From Candidatus Zixiibacteriota bacterium (GTDB lineage Bacteria; Zixibacteria; MSB-5A5; UBA10806; 4484-95): 57,666 nt of DNA. The stretch is taken from contig JAOZPT010000005.1 of the NCBI GenBank assembly GCA_029932605.1, positions 1-57,666 of the forward strand. Direction: 5' to 3'. The translations under genes and the position numbers were made by a program. Each line of letters opens with the position of its first letter. Position 1 is the stretch's first letter. The notes beneath the pieces are model-generated. The model was given only the letters and a program-made list of their open reading frames with translations. It searched no databases and had not been told where the DNA came from. Positions 21,726-31,622 of this stretch are shown piece after piece.

Positions 21726-22621
21726 GTTGTTATTGACCTTTCCTGGGGTGGTCGAGTCCGCCAGCGGTTATGTATCCATGTCCATTGAGTTGGGTCTTGT
21801 TTTATTAGCTCCTCCAAAGCCAGGTTGCATTTTTCAAGGGCGTTTTTGATGTTTTCCTCCCTATCATCAGTCCAGTTTATCCTCAGAGGAGGCATAATCT
21901 TTATATAATATCTATCGTCATTTTTTCGATATATCGCCATAGGCACTATCGGTGAACCGGTCTTGTAGGCGATGAACATAGGAGCGGCGGCAGTGTTGGC
22001 TTTTTTACCGAAGAAATCGATAAAATAGCCGGCCACCTTAGTTGAGTCTTGGTCTAAAAGGACCCCCAGTGCATGGCCATCGTTTAGAGCCTTCATAATT
22101 GTTTTTACGGACGAGGTTGTAGGAATGTTGTTTAAATTGAATCGCCGCCTTTGTGAGACCAGCATCCTATCAAACCGTTTATCGTATAGCTCTCGCCCGA
22201 TAACTGAAACCTTGTAACCCATAAAATAGGAGAACCAGGCGGCTAGTAGTTCGAAATTTCCGATATGTCCGGTCAGGACAATCACGCCTTTGTTCTGGCT
22301 ATAGGCATGGTCGAAATGTTCTAAACCGTCGACATCAACTATGCTACCTATATACTTTTTTGACCAATACCTCATCCTGATGGCATCAACGAGGTTTTTC
22401 ATCATGGAGATAAAGCATGCCTGGGCATTTACCTTGAGTTTTTTACCTGTTATGCCAAGAGCAAACGCCATTTGCGACTCGGCGATTTTTCTGTCCTTTG
22501 TATTGAGAAGAAACCATATTTCCCCAAGGAAACCGGCCAGCATCAAGGCAATATTTCGTGGCAGGGAATTGAAGAGGTTTATCAGGAGCATGGAAATATA
22601 ATAGATGATATCGTTCTTCAA
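21722..22621 (-). CDS. Lipid A late acyltransferase (LpxL/HtrB family)
   Basis: TGHIGNFE, LLDQD, FFGK, PTQWTWIHNRW. Confidence 0.9.
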   Translation of the reverse strand: MKNDIIYYISMLLINLFNSLPRNIALMLAGFLGEIWFLLNTKDRKIAESQMAFALGITGKKLKVNAQACFISMMKNLVDAIRMRYWSKKYIGSIVDVDGLEHFDHAYSQNKGVIVLTGHIGNFELLAAWFSYFMGYKVSVIGRELYDKRFDRMLVSQRRRFNLNNIPTTSSVKTIMKALNDGHALGVLLDQDSTKVAGYFIDFFGKKANTAAAPMFIAYKTGSPIVPMAIYRKNDDRYYIKIMPPLRINWTDDREENIKNALEKCNLALEELIKQDPTQWTWIHNRWRTRPPQERSITT

Positions 22622-23586
22622 ACTACCTTCGCTTCCAGTATATCATGCATATGTAAAAAGCCTATGACCTTCTTATTTCCATCGGTTATTACGAGGCTGG
22701 TGATTTTATATTTTTCCATTTTATTTAAGGCCTCAACGGCGAGTTTGTTGTCGGAGATGGTTTTCGGTTTTGATGACATCACATCGGCTGCCGTGAGATT
22801 TTCCAAGTTATGTTTTTTTTCAATTGCTCGACGCAGGTCGCCATCAGTAATGATACCCACCAGTGCTCCCGATTCGGCTACGACAGTGGTTGTCCCCAGC
22901 CTTTTTGATGTCATCTCCAACACCAGTTCTGAGAAGCTTGTATTCGGTTTTACTATGGGGATTTCCTCGCCAGTGTGCATTAACTGGGAGATTTTTATAA
23001 GATTACGCCCAATTGAGCCGCCAGGATGAAAAATGGCGAAATCCTCGGGTGTTAAGCCTCGTTTTTCCATTAAAGCAATCGCCAGCGCATCGCCCATTAC
23101 AATGGCGACCGTTGTTGATGATGTCGGTATCAAGTTATTGGGGCAGGCTTCTACTGAAACCGAGACATCCAGAATGACGTCGGCATCTCTACCGAGGACG
23201 GATTTTTTCTCTCCGGTGAGTGCGATGATAGGCATTCCCAAACGTTTGAACAGTGGCAGGATTTTTAATATCTCCTCGGTGTCGCCAGATTTGCTGATGG
23301 CGATGATTAGATCGTCGGAGCAAACCACCCCGAGTTCGCCATGGACACCCTCAGCCGGGTGGAAAAAGAAGGCGGGAATGCCGATTGATGAGAAAGTTGA
23401 GGCAATTTTTTTGGCGACAATACCGGATTTGCCGATGCCTGTCAGGATAACACGACCCTCGGTGTTATCTATTAACTCGACCGCTTTAATAAAGTTATCA
23501 TCAAGTTTATCTGCTAAGTCAAAAATTGCCCTTGCTTCGGTTATAATCGTTTTTTTAGCTTTTTCAAGGGAGGCGTTTTTCTTCAT
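22618..23586 (-). CDS. kdsD: Arabinose-5-phosphate isomerase (KpsF/GutQ, SIS plus CBS)
   Basis: TGIGKSG, HPAEGVHGELG, EACPNNLIPTSSTT, FHPGG, TDGDLRR; ATG at 23586. Confidence 0.93.
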   Translation of the reverse strand: MKKNASLEKAKKTIITEARAIFDLADKLDDNFIKAVELIDNTEGRVILTGIGKSGIVAKKIASTFSSIGIPAFFFHPAEGVHGELGVVCSDDLIIAISKSGDTEEILKILPLFKRLGMPIIALTGEKKSVLGRDADVILDVSVSVEACPNNLIPTSSTTVAIVMGDALAIALMEKRGLTPEDFAIFHPGGSIGRNLIKISQLMHTGEEIPIVKPNTSFSELVLEMTSKRLGTTTVVAESGALVGIITDGDLRRAIEKKHNLENLTAADVMSSKPKTISDNKLAVEALNKMEKYKITSLVITDGNKKVIGFLHMHDILEAKVV

Positions 23587-24079
23587 CAATACCCCGTGCG
23601 TCAAGAATCATATCTAAAATCTCGCGAGCAACACCAGCTCCGCCACTTTTTTTGGTGATAAAATCAGCGGATTTTAGCACTATCGATGGACTTACAGGAA
23701 CGGTGAAAGCCAAGCCGCATTGCCTCATTACGTTTACGTCTGTAAGGTCGTTGCCCACAAAAGCTATGTTTTCATCGTCAAGGTTATATTTGGATTTTAA
23801 CTGGTTGTAGAAATCGATCTTATCCGCTGTTCCCTGATGGATGTCTATGATGCCAAGCTCCTTGGCTCGGGCTTGGGTTGCCGATGATTGCCGGCCAGAT
23901 GAAAACGCGATTTTCAAGCCATATTTTTTCGCAATAAAGATTCCCAGGCCATCAGCGATATTGAAACGTTTAAACTCAGCACCATTCTGGCCAATGAATA
24001 TTGTGTCATCTGTGAGAACACCATCGACGTCAAAAATGACCAATTCTATTTTTCGTAATCTGTCGGTTAAATTTTTCAT
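23564..24079 (-). CDS. kdsC: KDO-8-phosphate phosphatase (HAD)
   Basis: FDVDGVLTD, FNIADGLGI, GGAGVARE. Confidence 0.92.
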   Translation of the reverse strand: MKNLTDRLRKIELVIFDVDGVLTDDTIFIGQNGAEFKRFNIADGLGIFIAKKYGLKIAFSSGRQSSATQARAKELGIIDIHQGTADKIDFYNQLKSKYNLDDENIAFVGNDLTDVNVMRQCGLAFTVPVSPSIVLKSADFITKKSGGAGVAREILDMILDARGIDEEKRLP

Positions 24080-24374
24080 ATAATTATCACATACAGGATA
24101 ACAAACTTATTGTCATGATATGATTTAGTCAATAAAAAAGTAAAAATTAACGAAAAACATGATCGTCTAAAAATAGGATAATTTCTTTAAATATGAATAT
24201 TTTTAATGCATTGGTTCACTTTTTGCTTGCAAAATAATCACTTTTTTGTTTAATTAACGTATAAGGAGTAAATGGTTGTTTTTTTATGGTATGGAAATGT
24301 ATCAAGATGTTTATCGTATCGGCCGACATATTAATGTAGGGATTAGATTATAACCTGTTGCAAAAATTAACGTT

Positions 24375-25805
24375 ATGGCGGAATTAAAACTTATACATCA
24401 GCTTGGACAAAGGTTAGAGCTTAAGGCACGACCAGACCTGATTCAGTCGCTTAAGCTATTGATGGAGCCGATCTTAAATTTAGAACAGATCCTTCGCCAA
24501 AGGCTCTCTGATAATCCACTTTTAGAGGAGGTTGAACAGCAGGAAAAAGCAGACGAGGTTTCTGTTTCCAATTCAGAGGAACAGGATAGAAAAGGCGAGG
24601 AGAATCTTGATAAGATAGATTGGCAGGAGTTCTTAGGTGAGGACCATGAATATAACTACAGTGGTGGTTATCGTGATTTATCGATCAATAAAGACAGCGA
24701 CCTTCCCGAGATGGTTACGGTGGCTGAGAAGACATTATTTGACCATCTTATGGAGCAGCTTGGATATGCCAAGCTTGACGATGAGCAAAGGGAGATAGGA
24801 GCTTACATTATAGGCAACATTAATGAATCCGGTTTTTTAACTGTTTCAGTTGAGGATATTGCCGATGAGTTGAAAATTGAACCCGAAAAGGTTAGGAAGG
24901 TTCTGGAGGTTATAAAAACGTTTGATCCTGTCGGGGTTGGTTCACGTGACCTGAGAGAGTGCCTTCTAGCACAACTTCAGGAACAGGGTTTAAGAGATTC
25001 ATTGGCCTGGGATATCGTCGATAAGTATATTAAAAATCTTGAGAATAAAAGCCTTACGCAACTGGCAAAAATACTTGGTACTTCACCCGAAAGGGTGCAG
25101 ATGGCTATGGAGGTTATCCGGTCTCTTTCACCGACACCTGCGACAGGCAGATTTGTCAAGGGTGCAATGGCGGTTGTGCCAGATTTAATAGTTGAGAAAA
25201 TTGGTGATGATTTTGTAATTTTCCATAACGATAAGAACCTACCTCAATTGAGAATAAATCAATCGTATAAGAGTTTGATAAAAAGGGGAAACAGTTCATC
25301 TGAATCGACTAAAAAGTATATTCGTGAGAAACTTGAACAGGCAAGGTGGCTTATTAATGCTATCAACCAGCGCCGAAACACCATGATAAATGTCATGGAG
25401 GCGATTGTCCAGGAACAAAGAGAGTTTTTTGAGCATGGCGAGTCCCATCTTAAACCCTTGACAATGGAGCAGATTGCCGATAAGGTGGGAATGAATGTGG
25501 CTACTATATCAAGGGTTGCCAACGGTAAATATGTGCAGACGCCATTAGGTATGTACGAGATTAAGTATTTCTTTAACACCGGTGTTGCCACCGATGATGG
25601 GGGGGAATTACCAAAACGTGTTGTGAAAACGAAAATCGAAGATATTATAAAAAACGAGAATACGGCTACACCATATTCTGACCAGGAGATCGCCAAGATA
25701 CTTGCCAGCCAGGGGATAAAACTTGCCCGTAGAACAGTCACCAAGTACCGTGAAGAACTCGGCATCAAAGCCGGCCGTTATCGCAAACAGGTCTCTAAGA
25801 CCTAA
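24375..25805 (+). CDS. rpoN: RNA polymerase sigma-54 factor
   Basis: FDPVGVG, LRECLLAQL, ATISRV, RpoN box ARRTVTKYRE. Confidence 0.97.
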   Translation: MAELKLIHQLGQRLELKARPDLIQSLKLLMEPILNLEQILRQRLSDNPLLEEVEQQEKADEVSVSNSEEQDRKGEENLDKIDWQEFLGEDHEYNYSGGYRDLSINKDSDLPEMVTVAEKTLFDHLMEQLGYAKLDDEQREIGAYIIGNINESGFLTVSVEDIADELKIEPEKVRKVLEVIKTFDPVGVGSRDLRECLLAQLQEQGLRDSLAWDIVDKYIKNLENKSLTQLAKILGTSPERVQMAMEVIRSLSPTPATGRFVKGAMAVVPDLIVEKIGDDFVIFHNDKNLPQLRINQSYKSLIKRGNSSSESTKKYIREKLEQARWLINAINQRRNTMINVMEAIVQEQREFFEHGESHLKPLTMEQIADKVGMNVATISRVANGKYVQTPLGMYEIKYFFNTGVATDDGGELPKRVVKTKIEDIIKNENTATPYSDQEIAKILASQGIKLARRTVTKYREELGIKAGRYRKQVSKT

Positions 25806-26232
25806 TAGAGATTGGCTAATAATATATAAGGAATATAAATTTATCTTGCCAACACCTACTATATGATTTTATAATAACTTTCCGAATTATGAATAACCCC
25901 GAATTTTATAAATTGCACGAATTACGATTGCCAACGCTTTGGGGCCTTTGGCGGTGTATGATAATGCATACTGGAATCCCTCGTTTTTCATCTAATTCAT
26001 TCTATAAAGGGAAATATAGCCGTAGATTTTATGCTTATTAACAAGTTTAAATCTGATATTATGAATATTTGAAACTTTTGGGAGGAAAGAGAATAACATT
26101 TTACCGGAGGTTATAAAAAGCAATATGACAGCCGTACGGGCACTTTTTCAGGAGGTAACTTGGTTTTGAAGATTTCATGATTAGGGTGTTTTAGAATTTT
26201 ACTTGAGTTAAAACCAGTTACGAAAGGAGCTG

Positions 26233-26595
26233 GTGATGCAGATAAAAGTTACAGCTAGGCATTTTGACCTTACAGATAGTCTTAACAGCTATGCAAATAG
26301 TGAGATAAAAAGGCTTAAGAAATATTTTGACCACATAATTGATGCTCAGTTGACGATGTCAATTGAGAAGAGCAGGCAGATAGCCGATTTATCTGTTAAG
26401 GTTTATGGTACCACTCTTACAAGCAAGGCTAAAACCTATGATATGTATCTTGCCATTGAACAGGTAGTATCCAAAATGGAGACGCAGATAAAGCGGTACA
26501 AGGCGAAGCTTAAGGATAAAAAGAATGCTCGCAGGGAGCCACCTAAGAAACGGCAGGTCAGCATGACGGACGAATCGGGGGAAACAGAATATTGA
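26233..26595 (+). CDS. hpf: Ribosome hibernation factor HPF/RaiA (short form)
   Basis: IKVTARHFDLT...DMYLAIE...ETQIKRYK; downstream of rpoN. Confidence 0.9.
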   Translation: MMQIKVTARHFDLTDSLNSYANSEIKRLKKYFDHIIDAQLTMSIEKSRQIADLSVKVYGTTLTSKAKTYDMYLAIEQVVSKMETQIKRYKAKLKDKKNARREPPKKRQVSMTDESGETEY

Positions 26596-26596
26596 T

Positions 26597-27565
26597 ATGC
26601 CTCGCTTGACGGTAGAACAATTATTAAAAGATAAGTCTGAGTTTTTAGAGCTATACGTGTTACAGGGCGGGACAGGTCTGAGAAAGATCATTCCGAGCAA
26701 CCAGATAACACGCCCGGGCTTGGCTTTGGCTGGTTATACGGAGAGATTTTCATATTCGAGAACATTGATTCTTGGTAAAACCGAGATTTCCTATTTAAAC
26801 AGCCTATCAAAAAAGGAGCTTGAGAAGCATTTGAATCATTTTTTTTCTTTTGATATTCCGTTGATAGTTATAACCAAGGCATTGGAACCTCCTCAGGTTT
26901 TGCTTAGAAAGGCAGACCTTAACAATGTGCCAGTGCTTCAGACGAATCTGACTACCACTGAATTTATCATTAGGATATCCAGCTACTTAGACAATTTATT
27001 TGCCCCACGAACATCTATACATGGGACCTTAGTTGATGTTTATGGTGTAGGTATGCTTTATACAGGAAAGTCCGGAATAGGTAAGTCTGAGTGTGCTCTT
27101 GACCTTGTGGAACGGGGGCACAGGATGGTTGCGGATGATGTTGTTACTATCATCAAGAAGGCTCCTGATGTGATTATGGGTGTTGCCGATGAGCGAATTG
27201 GGCATCATATGGAAATTCGCGGAGTGGGAATTATCGACATCGAAAAACTTTTTGGTATCCGTTCGGTGAGATTGCAAAAGAGGATCGAGGTTGAGGTAAG
27301 GCTTGAACAATGGGATGATTCGATGGAGTATGATCGTCTGGGGATAGAAGAGAAATATACCACTATTCTGGGTGTGGAAATACCTGTTGTTACGATACCC
27401 GTATCGCCCGGTAAGAATATCACTGTGATATCTGAGGTGATAAGTATGAACCATATGCTTAAAGTATATGGCGAAAAACCTGCAGAAAAATTTGTGCAGA
27501 GATTATCTGAGGCACTTACACGCCGTAAGCTGACAACTGAATATCTTGAGGCTGATATGGAATAG
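26597..27565 (+). CDS. hprK: HPr kinase/phosphorylase
   Basis: RPGLALAG, HGTLVDVYGVG, GKSGIGKSECALDLVERGHRMVADD, MEIRGVGII. Confidence 0.97.
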   Translation: MPRLTVEQLLKDKSEFLELYVLQGGTGLRKIIPSNQITRPGLALAGYTERFSYSRTLILGKTEISYLNSLSKKELEKHLNHFFSFDIPLIVITKALEPPQVLLRKADLNNVPVLQTNLTTTEFIIRISSYLDNLFAPRTSIHGTLVDVYGVGMLYTGKSGIGKSECALDLVERGHRMVADDVVTIIKKAPDVIMGVADERIGHHMEIRGVGIIDIEKLFGIRSVRLQKRIEVEVRLEQWDDSMEYDRLGIEEKYTTILGVEIPVVTIPVSPGKNITVISEVISMNHMLKVYGEKPAEKFVQRLSEALTRRKLTTEYLEADME

Positions 27566-27981
27566 CTCTATATATGTTATCGTATCCATAATTCCGGAAA
27601 AAATGGTTTCTGGGTTTTTAGGCATAATGCGATATTTTAAACTTCCGATATTAATCTAAAGCCTTAACTAAATGGACATGATTTCATGAGAGGGGCTTTT
27701 AGAACTTGGATTGTTTTTATTAAAGGGCTTTTTCGAACATTTTTTTATATTATAACGAATAATGCTAATGATACAGATACTGACAAACTTGTGCACAGGT
27801 TGAGGACATGTTAACCGGTTCAGGTGGAGGGAACCAATCAGATAATCGATGGGTTTGGCAATATCGTGTGAAGGGTTAGTTGTTTAATTTATAAAAATCA
27901 AGACGATATGTATGTTAAAATGGATTTTTTAGTGGCAGATTTCAAAGTTCATCCTGGAGAATACGTTCATTTGGGTATATT

Positions 27982-30111
27982 TTGATCAATTTTTGCTTTG
28001 GCATACACAACCATCAACCGGTTGGTAACTTTGATGCGGTAATCGCTAATGCTTATAAGCGTTGTTATCTTCCCTTTATCAGGTTACTGGCTGATTTTCC
28101 GGCTGTTAAGGTTACTCTTCATAATACAGGTGTCCTCTGGGATTGGTTTGGAGAGAACTATCCTGAATATTTCGAATACATAGAAAAGCTCTTGGCCCTC
28201 GGCCAGCTGGAACTTCTTGGTGGTGGTTATTATGAACCGATATTGCCAGCTATTTTCGATTCCCATAAGAAGGGTCAGATAAACAAACTATCGGTTTATC
28301 TAAAGGAGAAGTTTTCCGTCACCCCTCGTGGTATGTGGATGGCAGAGAGGGTTTGGGAACCTCAGTTAGCCGGTTTGTTGGCTGACTGTAAAATGGAGTA
28401 TACCATACTTGATGACACGCATTTTCGCTGGGCAGGGCTTACCGAACGACAGCTTGATGGTTATTTCATCACCGAGGAACAGCATAAGAAATTATCGTTA
28501 TTTCCGATATCAAAGGAACTCAGGTATGCCATCCCGTTTAAACCCGTAGGTGAGGTCATTGACATTTTCAAGAGAATAGCCGAAAGATCACCGGACAAAC
28601 TGGCGGTTTATGCCGATGATGGTGAAAAATTTGGCATTTGGCCTGATACATATCATCTTTGTTACGAGGAAAAGTGGCTGGGAAAATTTTTCGAAGAGCT
28701 GTCAAAGAATGCTGGTTGGTTGAGAATGGCTTTTTTTAGTGAGGCCATAGACGAATTTGAACCAAACGGACGGGTTTATATTCCCACCTCCTCTTATGCC
28801 GAGATGGGGCAATGGTCTTTGCCACCTGCTGGATTCATTCAGTTCGAGGAACTTGAAAACTGGTTAAAAGATAATGAAATGTACAAGGACTTCGGTTATC
28901 TTGTACATGGTGGTTTCTGGCGTTGTTTTTTGACAAAGTACCCTGAAGCTAACAATATGCACAAGAAGATGTATCGGGTAGCGGTTAAGATTGATTCGCT
29001 GAAGAATCGCACCACCGAGAAAAAACAGTTGGCCGAAGCTGAGGACCTGTTGTATCAGGGGCAGTGCAATTGCCCGTACTGGCATGGTGTTTTCGGAGGG
29101 TTATATTTAAATCATCTCAGGTATGCCACCTATAATCGTTTTATCAGAGCCGAGGCAATCACCGATAAGTTGGGCGCGTTATCGAAGAATGGAAACATTG
29201 AAGTCACTGATTTTGATGATGATGGCCATGAAGAAATCCTTGTTGAGACAAAACGTTTGAATGCCTATTTTTCTCCTCGCCGGGGAGGTTCGTTATTCGA
29301 GCTTGACCTTAAAAGCAAGGGCATAAATCTGTTAGATACTATGGCTCGACGGAAAGAGGGTTATCATCATAAGCTCTCTGTTGCCAAAAATACCGGTTAT
29401 TCCTCTGGTAAGTCGATTCATGATAGGGTTGAGGTCAAAGAGGAGGGGCTTGAGAAATATCTGGTTTACGATTGGCACAATCGCGTTTCGTTTATTGAGC
29501 ATATAACTACAAATGACATTACTCTTGAACAACTTGCCTTCAACAAATACCGCGAGATGGGTGATTTTATCATGGAACCATTCGAATACCGGGTTGAAAA
29601 GAGCCATGATAGACTTACCGTTGCGATGTCTCGTGAGGGGCATATCTACCAGCCCTATGGCACCCATGATTTGGTAGTGAAGAAAAATTTCGATATCTAT
29701 GTTAACCGCCCGATAATTAAAGCGACATATACGATGGAGAACCAATCGGACGAGGATGTAAATTTCGCATTTGGTGTGGAGCTAAACTGGGCAATGCTCA
29801 CCGGCGACTCTCCCAATCGTCGTTATTATATTGAAAATGTTCATCTTAAAGATAAACATATGAGAAGCATAGGGGAGAACACGGACGTAAAATTGTTCGG
29901 CATAAAAGACGATTACCATAATCTCGATATAAGAATCAACCTTTCAGAACCATGTCTTTTAAGGCGGTTTCCAATAGAAACTGTCAACCTCTCCGAATCC
30001 GGTTTTGAGCGGGTTTACCAGTCATCGGTTACCTGCCCCTTCTTTGATATAAGGCTTTCTCCCTGGCAGAAACGAAAATTTGCTATTAAAGTTGAATTTT
30101 TTGATCTATAA
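27982..30111 (+). CDS. GH57 alpha-amylase/4-alpha-glucanotransferase
   Basis: HNHQPVGN, GGGYYEPIL, WMAERVWEP (nucleophile E), DDGEKFG (acid/base D), SYAEM, YWHGVFGGLY, SESGFERVYQ. Confidence 0.93.
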   Translation: MINFCFGIHNHQPVGNFDAVIANAYKRCYLPFIRLLADFPAVKVTLHNTGVLWDWFGENYPEYFEYIEKLLALGQLELLGGGYYEPILPAIFDSHKKGQINKLSVYLKEKFSVTPRGMWMAERVWEPQLAGLLADCKMEYTILDDTHFRWAGLTERQLDGYFITEEQHKKLSLFPISKELRYAIPFKPVGEVIDIFKRIAERSPDKLAVYADDGEKFGIWPDTYHLCYEEKWLGKFFEELSKNAGWLRMAFFSEAIDEFEPNGRVYIPTSSYAEMGQWSLPPAGFIQFEELENWLKDNEMYKDFGYLVHGGFWRCFLTKYPEANNMHKKMYRVAVKIDSLKNRTTEKKQLAEAEDLLYQGQCNCPYWHGVFGGLYLNHLRYATYNRFIRAEAITDKLGALSKNGNIEVTDFDDDGHEEILVETKRLNAYFSPRRGGSLFELDLKSKGINLLDTMARRKEGYHHKLSVAKNTGYSSGKSIHDRVEVKEEGLEKYLVYDWHNRVSFIEHITTNDITLEQLAFNKYREMGDFIMEPFEYRVEKSHDRLTVAMSREGHIYQPYGTHDLVVKKNFDIYVNRPIIKATYTMENQSDEDVNFAFGVELNWAMLTGDSPNRRYYIENVHLKDKHMRSIGENTDVKLFGIKDDYHNLDIRINLSEPCLLRRFPIETVNLSESGFERVYQSSVTCPFFDIRLSPWQKRKFAIKVEFFDL

Positions 30112-30324
30112 AATATCTATAATAACTTGTATCTAACTATTTTTATAATGTTTGTGGGCGGCAGACATCTACATCTGCCACCCAGCAACTCAGGCTTCTG
30201 TGATGATTGATTATTTGACAAGATGCCCAAGCCACCAACTGATACAAAAGAGATTTATGAATAATGCAGGTTAATTGCTTTTCTATTATTTTTAAAAAAA
30301 GAAGTTACTTATAACGTTATCATT

Positions 30325-30792
30325 TCATTGGTCGACCTCTCCAATCACCGACTTCAATCTCTGAACCATATCCTTGTAATGACTGCCCTGCCAGTAAACC
30401 CGTCCGCAAGCGGGACATTTTTTGAATTGCTTATGGGTTTTTATTGTATATGGGAATACCTCGTCGGCGATTTCCTCCTTTGTTACATCGTGGCAGATCT
30501 CATTACAGACCAAACATCGTGAAAACAGCTCGTTTTCATGTAATTTGAGTTTCAAACTTTTTATGACGGCTTTCAGCTGTTCGTCCGGGGAATCTGTTTC
30601 GATTAACAAGTATTTTCCTGGTTCGATTTTCTTTATAAGGTTGTTGTCTCTTGTTAGCACAATCCGCTTTTGCTTAAGCATAACCGCCAGAAGCTCAGCG
30701 TCGCTGAGTGTTTTCTTGAAAAAGGTGTCATAGCCTAAGATTCTCAGGTATTTTGCGAGCTTGCCGAGATTGTCATCGCAGAGAAATTTCAT
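30325..30792 (-). CDS. Mut7-C RNase (PIN plus zinc ribbon) domain protein
   Basis: FLCDDNLGKLAKYLRILGYDT, LTRD, SRCLVCN, CPACGRVYWQGSH. Confidence 0.92.
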   Translation of the reverse strand: MKFLCDDNLGKLAKYLRILGYDTFFKKTLSDAELLAVMLKQKRIVLTRDNNLIKKIEPGKYLLIETDSPDEQLKAVIKSLKLKLHENELFSRCLVCNEICHDVTKEEIADEVFPYTIKTHKQFKKCPACGRVYWQGSHYKDMVQRLKSVIGEVDQ

Positions 30793-30932
30793 GTTTACAA
30801 ATTACGAAATAAAATAGGGCATGGTCAATCACATAGTGTCACTTCGATAAATATAAAACCGCCTTTACTTTTTCAATAGGGAAAATGCTAAGGATTCAAC
30901 GTCTGTAAAGATGTAGCGACAATGATGAAAAA

Positions 30933-31418
30933 TCATCCGAAGGGCCTTTCTCTACCGAGGATCCTGAGTATTGTGGTGATCTGTCCGGCATGATAAAACT
31001 CATGAGTGCAGAGAAACAACACGGCATCCATAGCTGTTGTCTGCCATTTTGGGAATGGTTCTATCTTTCTGTCCAGATCTGAGTCTGCCATTTCGTTCAA
31101 CATTTCATATATCTGCTCATAGAGAAAGTAAAGCTTGCTTTTTAGTTCCGACATCGATGGATAACTATTCGGATTATCGCTTATCTCTGATTCTCTACCG
31201 AACAGCTTAAGCCATTCCTTTGGTACTGTATCTTCAACACCCAGCACTTTCAAAATATTTCCAGCATTATAAACTAAATGACCCGTTAGCCAGCGGATAT
31301 GATTGCGGTTGTCTTTACCGCAAAACATAGATTCATCATCATCGATATCATCGATTAACTTTCTTACGGCGCCGTGATTTGATTTTAGAAGTACCATGAG
31401 ATTTTCTTTCTTCGTCAT
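30933..31418 (-). CDS. DinB family protein
   Basis: NHIRWLTGHL and HEFYHAGQI histidine pattern. Confidence 0.88.
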   Translation of the reverse strand: MTKKENLMVLLKSNHGAVRKLIDDIDDDESMFCGKDNRNHIRWLTGHLVYNAGNILKVLGVEDTVPKEWLKLFGRESEISDNPNSYPSMSELKSKLYFLYEQIYEMLNEMADSDLDRKIEPFPKWQTTAMDAVLFLCTHEFYHAGQITTILRILGRERPFG

Positions 31419-31527
31419 TTATCCTCCCGGTTTTCTTGGTGCTATGCATGTTAATATAGTATTTTTGCTTAACCGTTTATTTAAAAAAAGTACCGAATTG
31501 ATAAATTTCGCTAAAAAAGTATAAATC

Positions 31528-31596
31528 TATGTGGAAAAGTATGTGGAAAAGTTGTATACTGTATGTGGTTGACATCTATAGTTTTTTTCATACAAT
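31528..31596 (+). promoter_or_regulatory. Tandem DnaA boxes plus sigma70 promoter of coaBC-udg-dnaB
   Basis: TATGTGGAAAAG twice (31528-31551; TTTTCCACA on minus strand); TTGACA at 31569, 16 nt, TACAAT at 31591. Confidence 0.65.
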
Positions 31597-31622
31597 TGTG
31601 GTAGCAATGTGAGAGGAGGATA

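Noticed and set aside
30325..30792. Mut7-C PIN protein as a toxin-antitoxin or defence system
   Set aside because: No adjacent antitoxin or defence genes; stand-alone Mut7-C is common
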